A stretch of DNA of 64,000 nt from Eledone cirrhosa. Taxonomy: Eukaryota. The stretch lies in assembly GCA_964016885.1 (NCBI GenBank), contig OZ024740.1:150226001-150290000 (forward strand), read 5' to 3'. Of the stretch, positions 17,051 through 31,777 are shown piece after piece (position 1 is the first letter of the stretch; every line of letters begins with the position of its first letter). The notes under the pieces are model-generated. The model did not search any database and was not told the origin of the DNA. It saw only the letters and a list, made by a program, of their open reading frames with translations. A program made the position numbers and the translations under genes.

Positions 17051-17424
17051 TGATATGTGGTGTCAGTCGAGTTTGCAATTTTCAACTGTAATGAGATGGG
17101 TAAATTTACTACCTTTTATACATTTTATACAGAGAAAAGTGGCTCCAGAATGCAAAGCCCTGTAAACTGTATTTCGACCAATCAGTGTGTAGTTTCACTG
17201 AATTACTACAGCTGATTGGTTTAAGCGTCACGGCTGGTTGAGCATGCTAACGACAAATAGTCATACCCAACGTATCAATTGTTTTGCTTTTTGAAATGAT
17301 GAAAATAGCATTTTCTATTAATCATCACCATCAACATCACTTTTATTATTATTATTATTGTTGTTGTTGTTGTTGTTAGTGGTCGTGGTCATAGTGGTAG
17401 TAGAAGTAATACCCCTAGGCGTTA

Positions 17425-19611
17425 TTATTGTTCATTTAGCTTGGGTTTGAATTTATCAATAAAATTCTTTTCTTTGATTTTTCTCTTGATTTCACTTGGG
17501 CTGTGTAATTTGTAGAATGGGAATATTATAAATATTCCCTGACCACATGTTGCCAGGTGGCCGCTTAGGGGTATCTGACGGACATTTGGGTCTCTGATTT
17601 GTTGACGGTGTACCCGTGCACGTTCCGATAGTGCATTTCCAGTTTGACCGACATATAGTTCTTCACAATTTGGGCATTTAATGCAGTAAATTAGATTTCT
17701 GCTTTTGCAGTTCATATTTGCATTTGGGAATATTTTTCCAGTTTTTGTTTTCATATATTGACCGGCGTGTATGGATTGACATGTGCCGCATCGATTATCA
17801 TTGCATTTAGATACAGTGAATGATTGGTCTTTGTTGTTAAGGTCAAACTTTGCTTTTGTTAGCAATTGCTTCAAATTTTTTGGCTGTCTTTTACTAAGAG
17901 TCAAAGATCGATCTGTGATTAAGCCTTTTAATTCATTACTTTGAGCAATGATCGATAGGTTTGCTTTGGCAGTGTTGAATATATTCTGGTGACATGGGTT
18001 GTGTGTCATTATAAATGGTATGACCAGTTCTTGGTTTCTTCTTCCTTTGGTTGTTCTAAGTTGTTGTATAGGTATTTTTATAGCCCGCTGTATGCCATTT
18101 TCTATAAGTAGAGATGGGTATTTTTGTTTGAGCAAAAATTCTCTTAGTTCTGTTAGGCGTTTGTACCTGGTATTCGTATCTTCTACAATGGTACAAATTC
18201 TTCTGGCTAGGCAGTATGGGATGTTGCGTTTTGTATGAGGTGGATGGCACGACATAAAATTCAGATATTGATGGGTGTCTGTGTGTTTATAATATATATC
18301 CGTGGTAATGGTGGTGTCGTTTTTGATTATCATTATATCTAGGAATGGTAATTTGGTCCTACTCATCTCTTTTGTGAATTGGAGAGATGGGTGTAGGTTA
18401 TTCAGGAGGATATTGAACTCATCCAGAGTATCTAGAGATTCTGTCCAGATGATGAAACAGTCGTCAAGGTATCTCTTCCAAGATTTTTCAATGTACTTTC
18501 TAAAGTCAGTACTATATTTTTCCTCTATTTCTTGGTAGAGTTGTTGTTCTAAGTATCCCATTACAGAGTTCGCGTAAACGGGAGCAAACTTCGTTCCCAT
18601 CGCTGTGCCTCTAATTTGGATGTAATTCTTTCCATTGAAGAAGAAAGTGTTGTTTTCCAGAATAAGTTTAACTGCGTCTAATATAAATGGCGCTGTGAAT
18701 CTAATGGGAATCACTTCTCTATGTTTTTCCACCCAGTATTTAACCGCCTTTATTCCTAAATCATGTGTAATGTTGGTGTAAAGGCTTACCACATCAAAAC
18801 TGAGTAGAAGTGAATTCGTTTCCGTGGTTTTGGGAAGGTGGGACAGGAAGTCGATATCATCCCGGATGAAACTGGGTATGTGAATACATAGTGGTTTCAA
18901 AATAATGTCAACAAAATTGCTTAGACGGTGAGTGGGGCATGTTGGACCAGCTATAATAGGTCTAAGTTTTAAGTCTTTTGGGTGTAATAATTTAATGTAC
19001 TCACTGTTTTGTTCTCTTACTGCCAGTTGTATTTCTTTTGACTTGTGAACTTTCGGTAGGCCATACAGGTTGCTGGGTTTCGGCTCAAAATTGGTGATGT
19101 AGTCTCTTTCCTTATCAGTAAATGAGTTGTGGTATTTTGAAGCCAGGTTGTTGATCTTCTTCATGATGTTGTGGTCTATATTTGACGGTATTTCATGATA
19201 GAATGTTGTGTCTTTCAGTTGTTCCTCAACCAAATCCTTGTAGTATTCAGTATCCATTATAACAACTGCACCCCCTTTATCTGCTTGTTTAATTATTATT
19301 GTTTTATCATTTTGTATACGTTTAAGTGCAGACATTTCTGATTTGTTAATGTTTGGCCTAACATTAGTATTATGTCTAAGAGGAAATTTAGACAGGATGT
19401 CAATGTATTGGTCGAGATAAATATTTCTTCCTTTTGGCGGAGTGAAATTTGATTTATTCTTTACTAGTGATTCATCACTCTCATTATTTTTATCAGCGAA
19501 GAATTCTACAAGACGTAATTTTCGACAGAATTCTTGGGTATCCTCCTTCAGTTCTTGGTGGTTGACTGTTGGAGTCGGTGTGAATTTCAGTCCTTTTGAC
19601 AGAATTTGCAT
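17425..19611 (-). CDS. PLE reverse transcriptase plus GIY-YIG endonuclease (frame open upstream to ~19737)
   Basis: LYGLPKVHK, RPIIAG, FDVVSLYTNI, GTAMGTKFAP, WKRYLDD, YYKHTD, CxxxxCxxC linker, NLIYCIKCPNC..YVGQTG; uninterrupted 728 aa. Confidence 0.95.
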   Translation of the reverse strand: MQILSKGLKFTPTPTVNHQELKEDTQEFCRKLRLVEFFADKNNESDESLVKNKSNFTPPKGRNIYLDQYIDILSKFPLRHNTNVRPNINKSEMSALKRIQNDKTIIIKQADKGGAVVIMDTEYYKDLVEEQLKDTTFYHEIPSNIDHNIMKKINNLASKYHNSFTDKERDYITNFEPKPSNLYGLPKVHKSKEIQLAVREQNSEYIKLLHPKDLKLRPIIAGPTCPTHRLSNFVDIILKPLCIHIPSFIRDDIDFLSHLPKTTETNSLLLSFDVVSLYTNITHDLGIKAVKYWVEKHREVIPIRFTAPFILDAVKLILENNTFFFNGKNYIQIRGTAMGTKFAPVYANSVMGYLEQQLYQEIEEKYSTDFRKYIEKSWKRYLDDCFIIWTESLDTLDEFNILLNNLHPSLQFTKEMSRTKLPFLDIMIIKNDTTITTDIYYKHTDTHQYLNFMSCHPPHTKRNIPYCLARRICTIVEDTNTRYKRLTELREFLLKQKYPSLLIENGIQRAIKIPIQQLRTTKGRRNQELVIPFIMTHNPCHQNIFNTAKANLSIIAQSNELKGLITDRSLTLSKRQPKNLKQLLTKAKFDLNNKDQSFTVSKCNDNRCGTCQSIHAGQYMKTKTGKIFPNANMNCKSRNLIYCIKCPNCEELYVGQTGNALSERARVHRQQIRDPNVRQIPLSGHLATCGQGIFIIFPFYKLHSPSEIKRKIKEKNFIDKFKPKLNEQ

Positions 19612-19658
19612 TTCATCATTGTCAAGATCTCTTTTAGATAAATTAATTATTTTAGGAT

Positions 19659-20225
19659 CTACGTGTACAGCTGTTTTGGGTATGTTTCCTCCTGGAGTTT
19701 TTCTTTTTCCGGTTTTTGTTGTCCTGACGTTAAAAAATGAATTTTTCTCTGTTCAGGATTTATATTCCTGTTGGTGTTCGCTTGATGAACTTTTGGTCGT
19801 GATATTATATTTGGTTTCGTTATGTATTTTGTCCTATTTTTGGTATTCTGTATATTATTTTTCTTCCTGTTAGCATTATTTTTAACAATCTGGGAAAATG
19901 ACCTAGGTTTGCTTTCAGGTTTAGATTGTTTTTTCGTCCAGTTTCTTGTGGGCAATCTCTGTTGAGATCTTGAGAGTGATCTGGTTATTCTACGTTTTGT
20001 TTCCACATTCCTTGTTGGTAGTCTCTGTTGAGATCTTGAGAATGATCTCCTGGTTTTACTACTTCTCATGGTCTGGTCAAAGGAATACCTATCGTGTTTG
20101 TGCTTTTTGTTCATGTTGTGTGCGATAGGGGGTTTTTGTAGAAAAAGCGAAGAGTTATTACCGTAGTTCTTCTTTGATTCAAGGTAAGGTGAGTGTTTGT
20201 GTTGGCACGTGTTCTGGCGTATGTC
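19659..20225 (-). CDS. 3' part of PLE1 upstream ORF1 (basic, low complexity)
   Basis: Overlaps the RT frame via a T6A heptamer; duplicated SRSQQRLPTRN; the ORF-track start at 20306 lies in an adjacent insert. Confidence 0.6.
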   Translation of the reverse strand, partial: DIRQNTCQHKHSPYLESKKNYGNNSSLFLQKPPIAHNMNKKHKHDRYSFDQTMRSSKTRRSFSRSQQRLPTRNVETKRRITRSLSRSQQRLPTRNWTKKQSKPESKPRSFSQIVKNNANRKKNNIQNTKNRTKYITKPNIISRPKVHQANTNRNINPEQRKIHFLTSGQQKPEKEKLQEETYPKQLYT

Positions 20226-20346
20226 ATATATATGACTCCAGTTCCCCAGTGAATTAACAACCCAACAAGGAACTGGGCATATCAGAGTATTGACAATATC
20301 ATACACCTAAACAACATATGTACTTGTCTATACCATACTAATTCAA

Positions 20347-20401
20347 ACTGCCTGAAGAGGTCACAGCCAAAGATGGCTGTCACTGAAATATATATAGCAG
20401 T
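20347..20401 (+). ncRNA. Hammerhead ribozyme in a short separate insert 20232-20450
   Basis: ACTGC-CTGAAGA-GGTCACAGCCAAAGATGGCTGTCACT-GAAATATAT-ATA-GCAGT, then AATAAA. Confidence 0.85.
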
Positions 20402-20445
20402 AATAAACGAAGCTAAATTTTAATCATTTGACTTTTATTTAACTT

Positions 20446-20545
<100 letters not shown>

Positions 20546-20587
20546 TTATATATATATATATATACACACATATATATATTTACACAC

Positions 20588-20714
<127 letters not shown>

Positions 20715-20725
20715 TATATATATAT

Positions 20726-20765
<40 letters not shown>

Positions 20766-20773
<8 letters not shown>

Positions 20774-22087
20774 AGATCAAAAGATGGTTAAATGAGTTCC
20801 ATGTATTTTATTATGCGCATTTCAAAAACAAATATCATCATGCAATAACATTTGTGTTTTCATCAGATAAAATAGGAGGACATGATATGAAGGTTAAAAA
20901 CACTTGTGGATAGTGCAGTTTTAAATCAACATATGAAAAGTAGTTTTAGATTGATGTGTGATATTGGGAAACAAATTTTTTTGAGGGGGGTGGGGAGGAT
21001 GAAAAAGAGGAGGAGATGAGAGTAAAAAGTGGAGGGGGAGGAGTATAATGAGGAAGGATGAGATAGGAGGAGAGATGGGTGATAGAGAGAGAGAGAGAGA
21101 TAGCTTTTATAACTGAGAAAAATATATTGTTTTACATAGAGAGGTTGAAAAACCGTTGGAAGATAATGTATAAATTAAAAGAATTTGAAAATTAACGAAG
21201 AGAAAAATAATGTAAAGTTAAGGTTTGTATATTGAAGGGTTTAATAATATGTGCGATGAAAAGAAATTGTTAATATGTATTAAGAATAATATTTAAGGGT
21301 TTAATAATATGTGCGATGGAAAGAAAATGTTAATATGTATTAAGAATAATATTTAAGGGTTTAATAATATGTGCGATGGAAAGAAAATGTTGATATGTAT
21401 TATTAAAAAAACAGAAGTAATGTAAGTAAGGATATATTGTGAGATGAGCATGAATAAGTTAGATGAAAGAGAGAAAAAAATAATGAATAGAGGATGAATA
21501 ATCTAACGTAAAAAAAAAATGTTTATGTTTACGAAGGATTTTTTGAAGGTGATATAAAGTAAGAATATAGTGTATGGTGTAATGATTGTTTCTATGTTAG
21601 GCACAGTGAGAAAAGGTACAGATTAGGGGTTAGAAATTAAAAGAAAAAGAAAAGAAAAGGAAAAGGACAAAAGGGAAGTGATGAATAGGAGTGATATAGA
21701 ATATAATAAATAACTTTGAAATAAGGTAGAAAGATGGGTATATTTTTAAAGAAGTATATATATATATATGTGTGCCTTTGAGAAGAGGATTCTGAATTGA
21801 TAAAGTTTAGGATATTAGCTGTATACTTTATGGAAAGTTCTGTGGAATGTATGCAAGCAGATAGAAAACAAGTCAGTGCGTCTATTTATTATAGAATCTA
21901 AATTAGATATAATGGTACATTTTTCATTTAGACAGAGATTGCAAGTCTTGGATAGAGAACTGTTCAAGTATAAAGAAGCAGAGGAAACCTTTTTCCAAGA
22001 GATGTTATATTTAATATTTTTGTCTTTCAAGGACCATATGAGTTCTGAGAGAGCCGTGTTGGTTCTTTTAAGTTTATATTTAAAAGA
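20766..22087 (-). mobile_element. PLE 3' fragment: GIY-YIG C-terminus plus long 3' region with HHR (20806-20872)
   Basis: W..KDKNIKYNISW..CNLCLNEK..INRRTDLFSICLH. Confidence 0.8.
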
Positions 22088-22139
<52 letters not shown>

Positions 22140-22143
<4 letters not shown>

Positions 22144-24598
22144 CAATGGGAAAATTAGGGATGGATACTCCTCTCTACGTACTACTAGTCTGAATAGATC
22201 CATAAATACCTTACCACCTGTGCAGACCTTATCTCATAGTAACCCTACGTGTGATGCATCACTACTTCAGCCGATCAATAGCACCCGGAAGTGAAACTGT
22301 AGAGTGAGTGCTAACTGCCCTTTGAAAGGTAACTGCCTCTCTAAGAACATCGTTTATGCTTGTGTAGTTAAAACCAATTCCTCTAATAGCACATATACAG
22401 GCTCTACATCTAACACTTTTAAGACTAGGTTTAATTCTCATATCTCTAATTTTAAACATGTTAAGTTTAAGAATTCTACTTCTTTAGCACACCATATCTG
22501 GGATCTTAAGGGAGTTAATATACCATATAGCCTTAATTGGCGAATAGTAGCACGCTCTAATAACCTTTCAACACATACTAAATTTTGTAATCTCTGTATC
22601 CTTGAGACCCACTCTATAATTTTCTCTAGGGAAACCTTACTTAATAGAAAGTCTGAGATATGCTCTTCTTGCCCCCACGCCATTTCAAATTCTTTCTTTT
22701 ATTATAAACCTAAAGGTTCTAGTAGTGTAAATTGTATCCATTAGCTGCTATATTCCCTTATCTTTTTAGTTTAGGTTCATTTTGTTTACCACCATCATCA
22801 TCATCATTATTATTATTGGTTTTTAACAGCTTTTCATTCTAGCTTTCATAGTCTTTTAGCTACCATACCATATCTATCTTCTTAAATATTATATTTTCAC
22901 TATTAACACCTTATGAGTTTATATCTGATTATATATTTTTTTTATATTATTTTATTTTATTTGGATTCTTCTTTGAATAACTACCCCCCCCCCACACACA
23001 CTTGTCATTCGCCTCTTCAAATATACTATAACTATATTCAATTCCCTTTTATGCTCCTTTCTATTGTATAATACAGTATATTGATTATGATTTTATGCTC
23101 CTTCATATCCTCCATACATTTCTTTTTTCTGTCCCCATTGGCCTACCATAATTCTATTTAAAGTCTGTTTATTAGATAACGTTATTCAACTGATAGTAGA
23201 ATATTTCATTCTTCTCCAGATATTTTTATAGTGATATCTTAAAATTTCGAGATTTTGATTACTTAAACCATAGCTAATTTTGTATTGACTTATTATGTAT
23301 TTTAAATACTTTCAATATTAATTAATTTAATAGGGTTTTCTAGTCATTTATCCGGGTTTGTTTCCTAAATTTTTTACTTAACTGTATGTGACACCTAAGT
23401 AAAAACTTTTGTTTTTATTTTTCGATTTCCGGTTGATTTTATTTATATATTTATACTACCATGCGTAGTTTTCTTTCTGGTTCTCATTCACTTATTCACA
23501 AATGTCTGTCCGCCAACCACGTAATTATATATATTATACTATGTTCAATATTTTATATTGAAGTTTTATATCATTCCACTCTTTGTTAACGTACTACTGA
23601 TCTTTATTATTTACCGATTATTAAATGTACCATTATGTTATGTTAAATTATGTAAATTCTGTAATATGTTTATATTTTTATGATTTTTGTAATGTTTGGA
23701 TAATATTTATTTATTTACACCAATTGTATTGAAATTTGAACTCCATCTGTTTTCTTGCAATGATTTTGATATTTTTCCAACATAATTTTTTCCAACATAA
23801 TTTAGTTCTGTACAATATTTTTTCTCACCCGGTCTGTAACCCTATATGATTTGTTAAGTTATATGCCATTATATTATAATATTGTTATTATAGTGTTATT
23901 GTAACATTTATATTGTTTGTGTAAATTAACCGGAGATTATCTATTCTATAATTATATAGTTTATTATATATTATATGTTTACTTTTAATCATTTATTCCT
24001 CATTTTATACTGTAAATAATATATGTATTATATTTTTATTTTTATTCTTATTATTCTTATTATTCTTATTTATATTTAAACTCTTAATAAGGGTTAATTT
24101 GTGCTTGTATTGATGGAAATGTGTATTGATATATATGTATATATGTGTACATATGTATATATATATGTATATTGGGCCGTTTAACATTATTATTGTTATC
24201 AATTATAGTATATTATATTATATTATATATAGTACAATAATTCCCGCTCTATATCACCACCTTTGTTTAGCTTTAGTTTTTGCATTGGACTATATTTGTA
24301 ATATGGTTCAAAATGTTATTCACTTCCTTAGCAATTTTTACTTGATGTACACTCCATATTCTTCTGAGTTTTTTGGCTTGTATTGGCCGATAGTGCTTCT
24401 TATAGCTTTAATTGCCCTGATGTGTCCTTAATAGGACGAAACATTGTTGGCTAATAAAGACTTTTGATGTATTGAAGGCTTCTTTGGTTTATTTTCATAA
24501 TTCTTCGGCTCTCTTTAATTACATTGAGCTATACTTATACTCTCATTTCTATAATACGAAGAGGGTGTTTAACTCCAACACACTCTAGTATTTTAATT

Positions 24599-24600
<2 letters not shown>
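22140..24600 (+). mobile_element. PLE 3' fragment (family A): GIY-YIG plus 1.85 kb AT-rich 3' region ending in an HHR
   Basis: ORF 22304-22744 and HHR 24414-24451; TA-flanked. Confidence 0.85.
22304..22744 (+). CDS. PLE GIY-YIG endonuclease domain (CPLxGxC type, possibly Nematis-like), truncated
   Basis: CPLKGNCLSKNIVY..YTGSTSNTFKTRFNSH..TSLAHHIW..CNLCILE..LNRKSEICSSCPH. Confidence 0.8.
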   Translation: MSANCPLKGNCLSKNIVYACVVKTNSSNSTYTGSTSNTFKTRFNSHISNFKHVKFKNSTSLAHHIWDLKGVNIPYSLNWRIVARSNNLSTHTKFCNLCILETHSIIFSRETLLNRKSEICSSCPHAISNSFFYYKPKGSSSVNCIH

Positions 24601-24682
<82 letters not shown>

Positions 24683-24693
24683 TATATATATAT

Positions 24694-24770
<77 letters not shown>

Positions 24771-24843
24771 CATATATATATATATATATATACACATATA
24801 TATATCTATATATATATACACACATATATATATATATATATAT

Positions 24844-24904
<61 letters not shown>

Positions 24905-24941
24905 TATATATATATACACACACATATATATATATATATGC

Positions 24942-24972
<31 letters not shown>

Positions 24973-25001
24973 CACACATATATATATCTATATATATATA
25001 A

Positions 25002-25105
<104 letters not shown>

Positions 25106-25107
25106 GC

Positions 25108-25228
<121 letters not shown>

Positions 25229-25236
25229 CACATATA

Positions 25237-25286
<50 letters not shown>

Positions 25287-25416
25287 CACATATATATATA
25301 TGTATATATATATATATAGATGTATATACACATATATATATGTATATATATATATATATATATATGTATATACACATATATATGTATATATATATATATG
25401 TATATACACATATATA

Positions 25417-25468
<52 letters not shown>

Positions 25469-25621
25469 CATATATATATGTATATACATATATATATATG
25501 TATATATATGTATATATATATATATATATGTATATACACATATATATATGTATATACACATATATATATGTATATACACTATATATATGTATATACACAT
25601 ATATATGTATATACACATATA

Positions 25622-25683
<62 letters not shown>

Positions 25684-25788
25684 CACATATATATATGTAT
25701 ATACACATATATATATGTATATATATATGTATATATATATATATATGTATATACACATATATATATGTATATATATATATGTATATAC

Positions 25789-25827
<39 letters not shown>

Positions 25828-25828
25828 C

Positions 25829-26091
<263 letters not shown>

Positions 26092-26095
26092 TATG

Positions 26096-26129
<34 letters not shown>

Positions 26130-26156
26130 TATATGTATATATATATATATATATAT

Positions 26157-27075
<919 letters not shown>

Positions 27076-27154
27076 TATATATGTATATGTATATATATAT
27101 AGAGATAGATAGATAAATATACACGGGTGTGTATGATTGTGTATAGAAGATTAT

Positions 27155-27572
<418 letters not shown>

Positions 27573-27633
27573 GGAAAATTTTAACAGGAACAAAACAGAG
27601 AGGCAGTACAACGAATGTTTATTAATTTAATTT

Positions 27634-27788
<155 letters not shown>

Positions 27789-28476
27789 GAGAGACGTAAA
27801 ATAAGTAAATTATAAAATTAACTTACTTACTAAAATATCACTTCCAACTAATTAGTTTCTGGAATGGAGTAAATATATTTTCCGAAGAAGATATTGAGAA
27901 ACATTCCGTCGTCAGGGAAGTCTATTCTCATCTAAGTTTCCAGGCAAAGCGAGGACTCTGGAAACTTATTAAAAATTATTTGTCGAGCAATATTGGCCAT
28001 GACTGCTGCTATGGTAGTAGGCAGGCCGCTGTCTTATTAGCAAACCACTTTCCACTGATTGACCTCGATGTCACGTGATTGATTCTTTTTGTATTTGCCA
28101 CAGACGCAGAGGCAGTGACTTTCTCAATGGCTAGGAATTCAGTCCACGCTTTGCTATTTCCTATCCACTGAATTATTTTTTAATAAGTTTCCAGAGTCCT
28201 CGCTTTGCCTGGAAACTTAGATGAGAATAGACTTCCCTGACGACGGAATGTTTCTCAATATCTTCTTCGGAAAATATATTTACTCCATTCCAGAAACTAA
28301 TTAGTTGGAAGTGATATTTTAGTAAGTAAGTTAATTTTATAATTTTCTTATTTTACGTCTCATAATATTGTTCTGCAACCCCATGCATTGAACCACAATG
28401 TTACTAAGACAAAACCTATATATTTGCTAGCATTGATATGCATCTGTATGTATATATATGTTACTAGATATTAATT

Positions 28477-28546
<70 letters not shown>

Positions 28547-29597
28547 ATATATGTAATTGGGAATCAGTAAAATCGAATCTCTGGCGGTTTGCAAGTGAAT
28601 TCGGCCTACTTATATGAAATGATGAGTTAGCAAAGCACTAGATAAGATAGGTCCTTAGAGTAATTACATACGTTTAAAAAGCTTGACAAATCGAACATTG
28701 TGGTAGGCTAAACTAACACACAATATATATATATATATATATTTAATACAATAACAGAGATAGTTTAAAGTTAAACTCTGACTGGTAACCATCTCATTCA
28801 ACAAACATTAGGTTATATAAACCCAATATAAACCCAATTTAAGTGTTTGGGGTGCTAACAATATGTATAATGTGAAAAACCAGTTGTATTATTTTATGAG
28901 ATATAATTAAAGTTAAAGTATATCTCTCTTTCCAAACAATTGTTTCATTATAAGTTTTCTACAAGTTGGGAGAATATTTCCAGTTATGTAGAAGCCTAAT
29001 ATATATTCATGTAAGAATATATTTAGGTGGGCGCTTATAAATCATCAGTGGAAGCCCATTAAACTTTGATATAAGAAAGAAATTGTTACTGCAGTCAAAA
29101 ATCGTGTCTGTTAAGTTGCTCCTTCTAGGATCGAATGACCGCCAAATTTGAAATTCCAGCAGTTTTTGACTGAGGAAGTATCATAGCGACACGAAGCGGG
29201 AAGGGTAGACAACTACGATCCACGAAAGGAGGAAAAAAAATAATATACACGCGGGTTAATTAGTTTTTTCGAAAACATTATCAATCCAACGTGTTAAGAA
29301 CTCAATTGAAAATAAAAAAAATAAATATATGCGTGTATAAATTACACACGCATATAGATATTTTCTTAGGCTAAATCAGAAGTTGTACCCGAATAAGAAC
29401 CGCATCTCATAACCGCAGTAAATACAGAAAGTTATGCTTTAAAGGGCAAATGGGAATGTAAATCTCCGGCCGAATTAAGAGTAAAATATAAAACACACGC
29501 GGGTTAATTAGTTATTTCAAAACCAATATCAATTCCTCCTGTAAAGAACCCAATTAATTAAAGAAAATAAATGTATGCATGTAATTATATACATAGG

Positions 29598-30540
<943 letters not shown>

Positions 30541-30599
30541 AAAATATATATATATGTGTATATATATATGTATATATATATGTATATATATATATATGT

Positions 30600-30838
<239 letters not shown>

Positions 30839-30857
30839 TATATATCTATATATCTAT

Positions 30858-30914
<57 letters not shown>

Positions 30915-30940
30915 AATATATATATATGTATATATATATG

Positions 30941-31059
<119 letters not shown>

Positions 31060-31696
31060 GTAAATATGATAATAATGGAGCTGCGGCGTTGCAAATGGGT
31101 TACATATGAAAAAGTTTGTCCTTCATCAGTGGTCTTTCAACCGTCATAGGCATTTCATCGCTTTAAAGACCATATACCTCAGGTTGGTGCGAACAACGGC
31201 TAAAAAAAGTCGTTGGGACACGTAAATAAAGGGGACGCTAGGGTAAACAAACAAAATGGTTTAAGCAACAGAAAGTGATGAAGAAAGAGACAAGTCCCAG
31301 ATTTCTATGAATATAAATTCGGTGAAATCGTGAACGAGAGAATAAAGACCATCAAACCTGGTTGAAATGTGAGCAAGGAAGGAATTTCGCACAGGTCTAA
31401 CGGGAGGAAGAAGGGGTCTGGTCTGCGAATTCGGTAAACATAAGTTCTGTGAAATCGCAGACGAGAGAGAGAGAGAGAAAAACAATTCATACCAGCTTGG
31501 CCAAGAGCGCGCGAGAAAAGAATTACGGACAGGTCAAACGGGAAGAAAGAGGAGGAGGAGAGGTAGTGACAGAGAATGAGTGAGTGAAGGGTGAGGAAGA
31601 GGCTAACAGAGAGAGAGAGACTGCTAGAAAGGGTAAAGATACAAAGAACGAAACAGACGGGTAGCAGCAGAGGAAAAAATATGTGTAAATATGATA

Positions 31697-31775
<79 letters not shown>

Positions 31776-31777
31776 TA

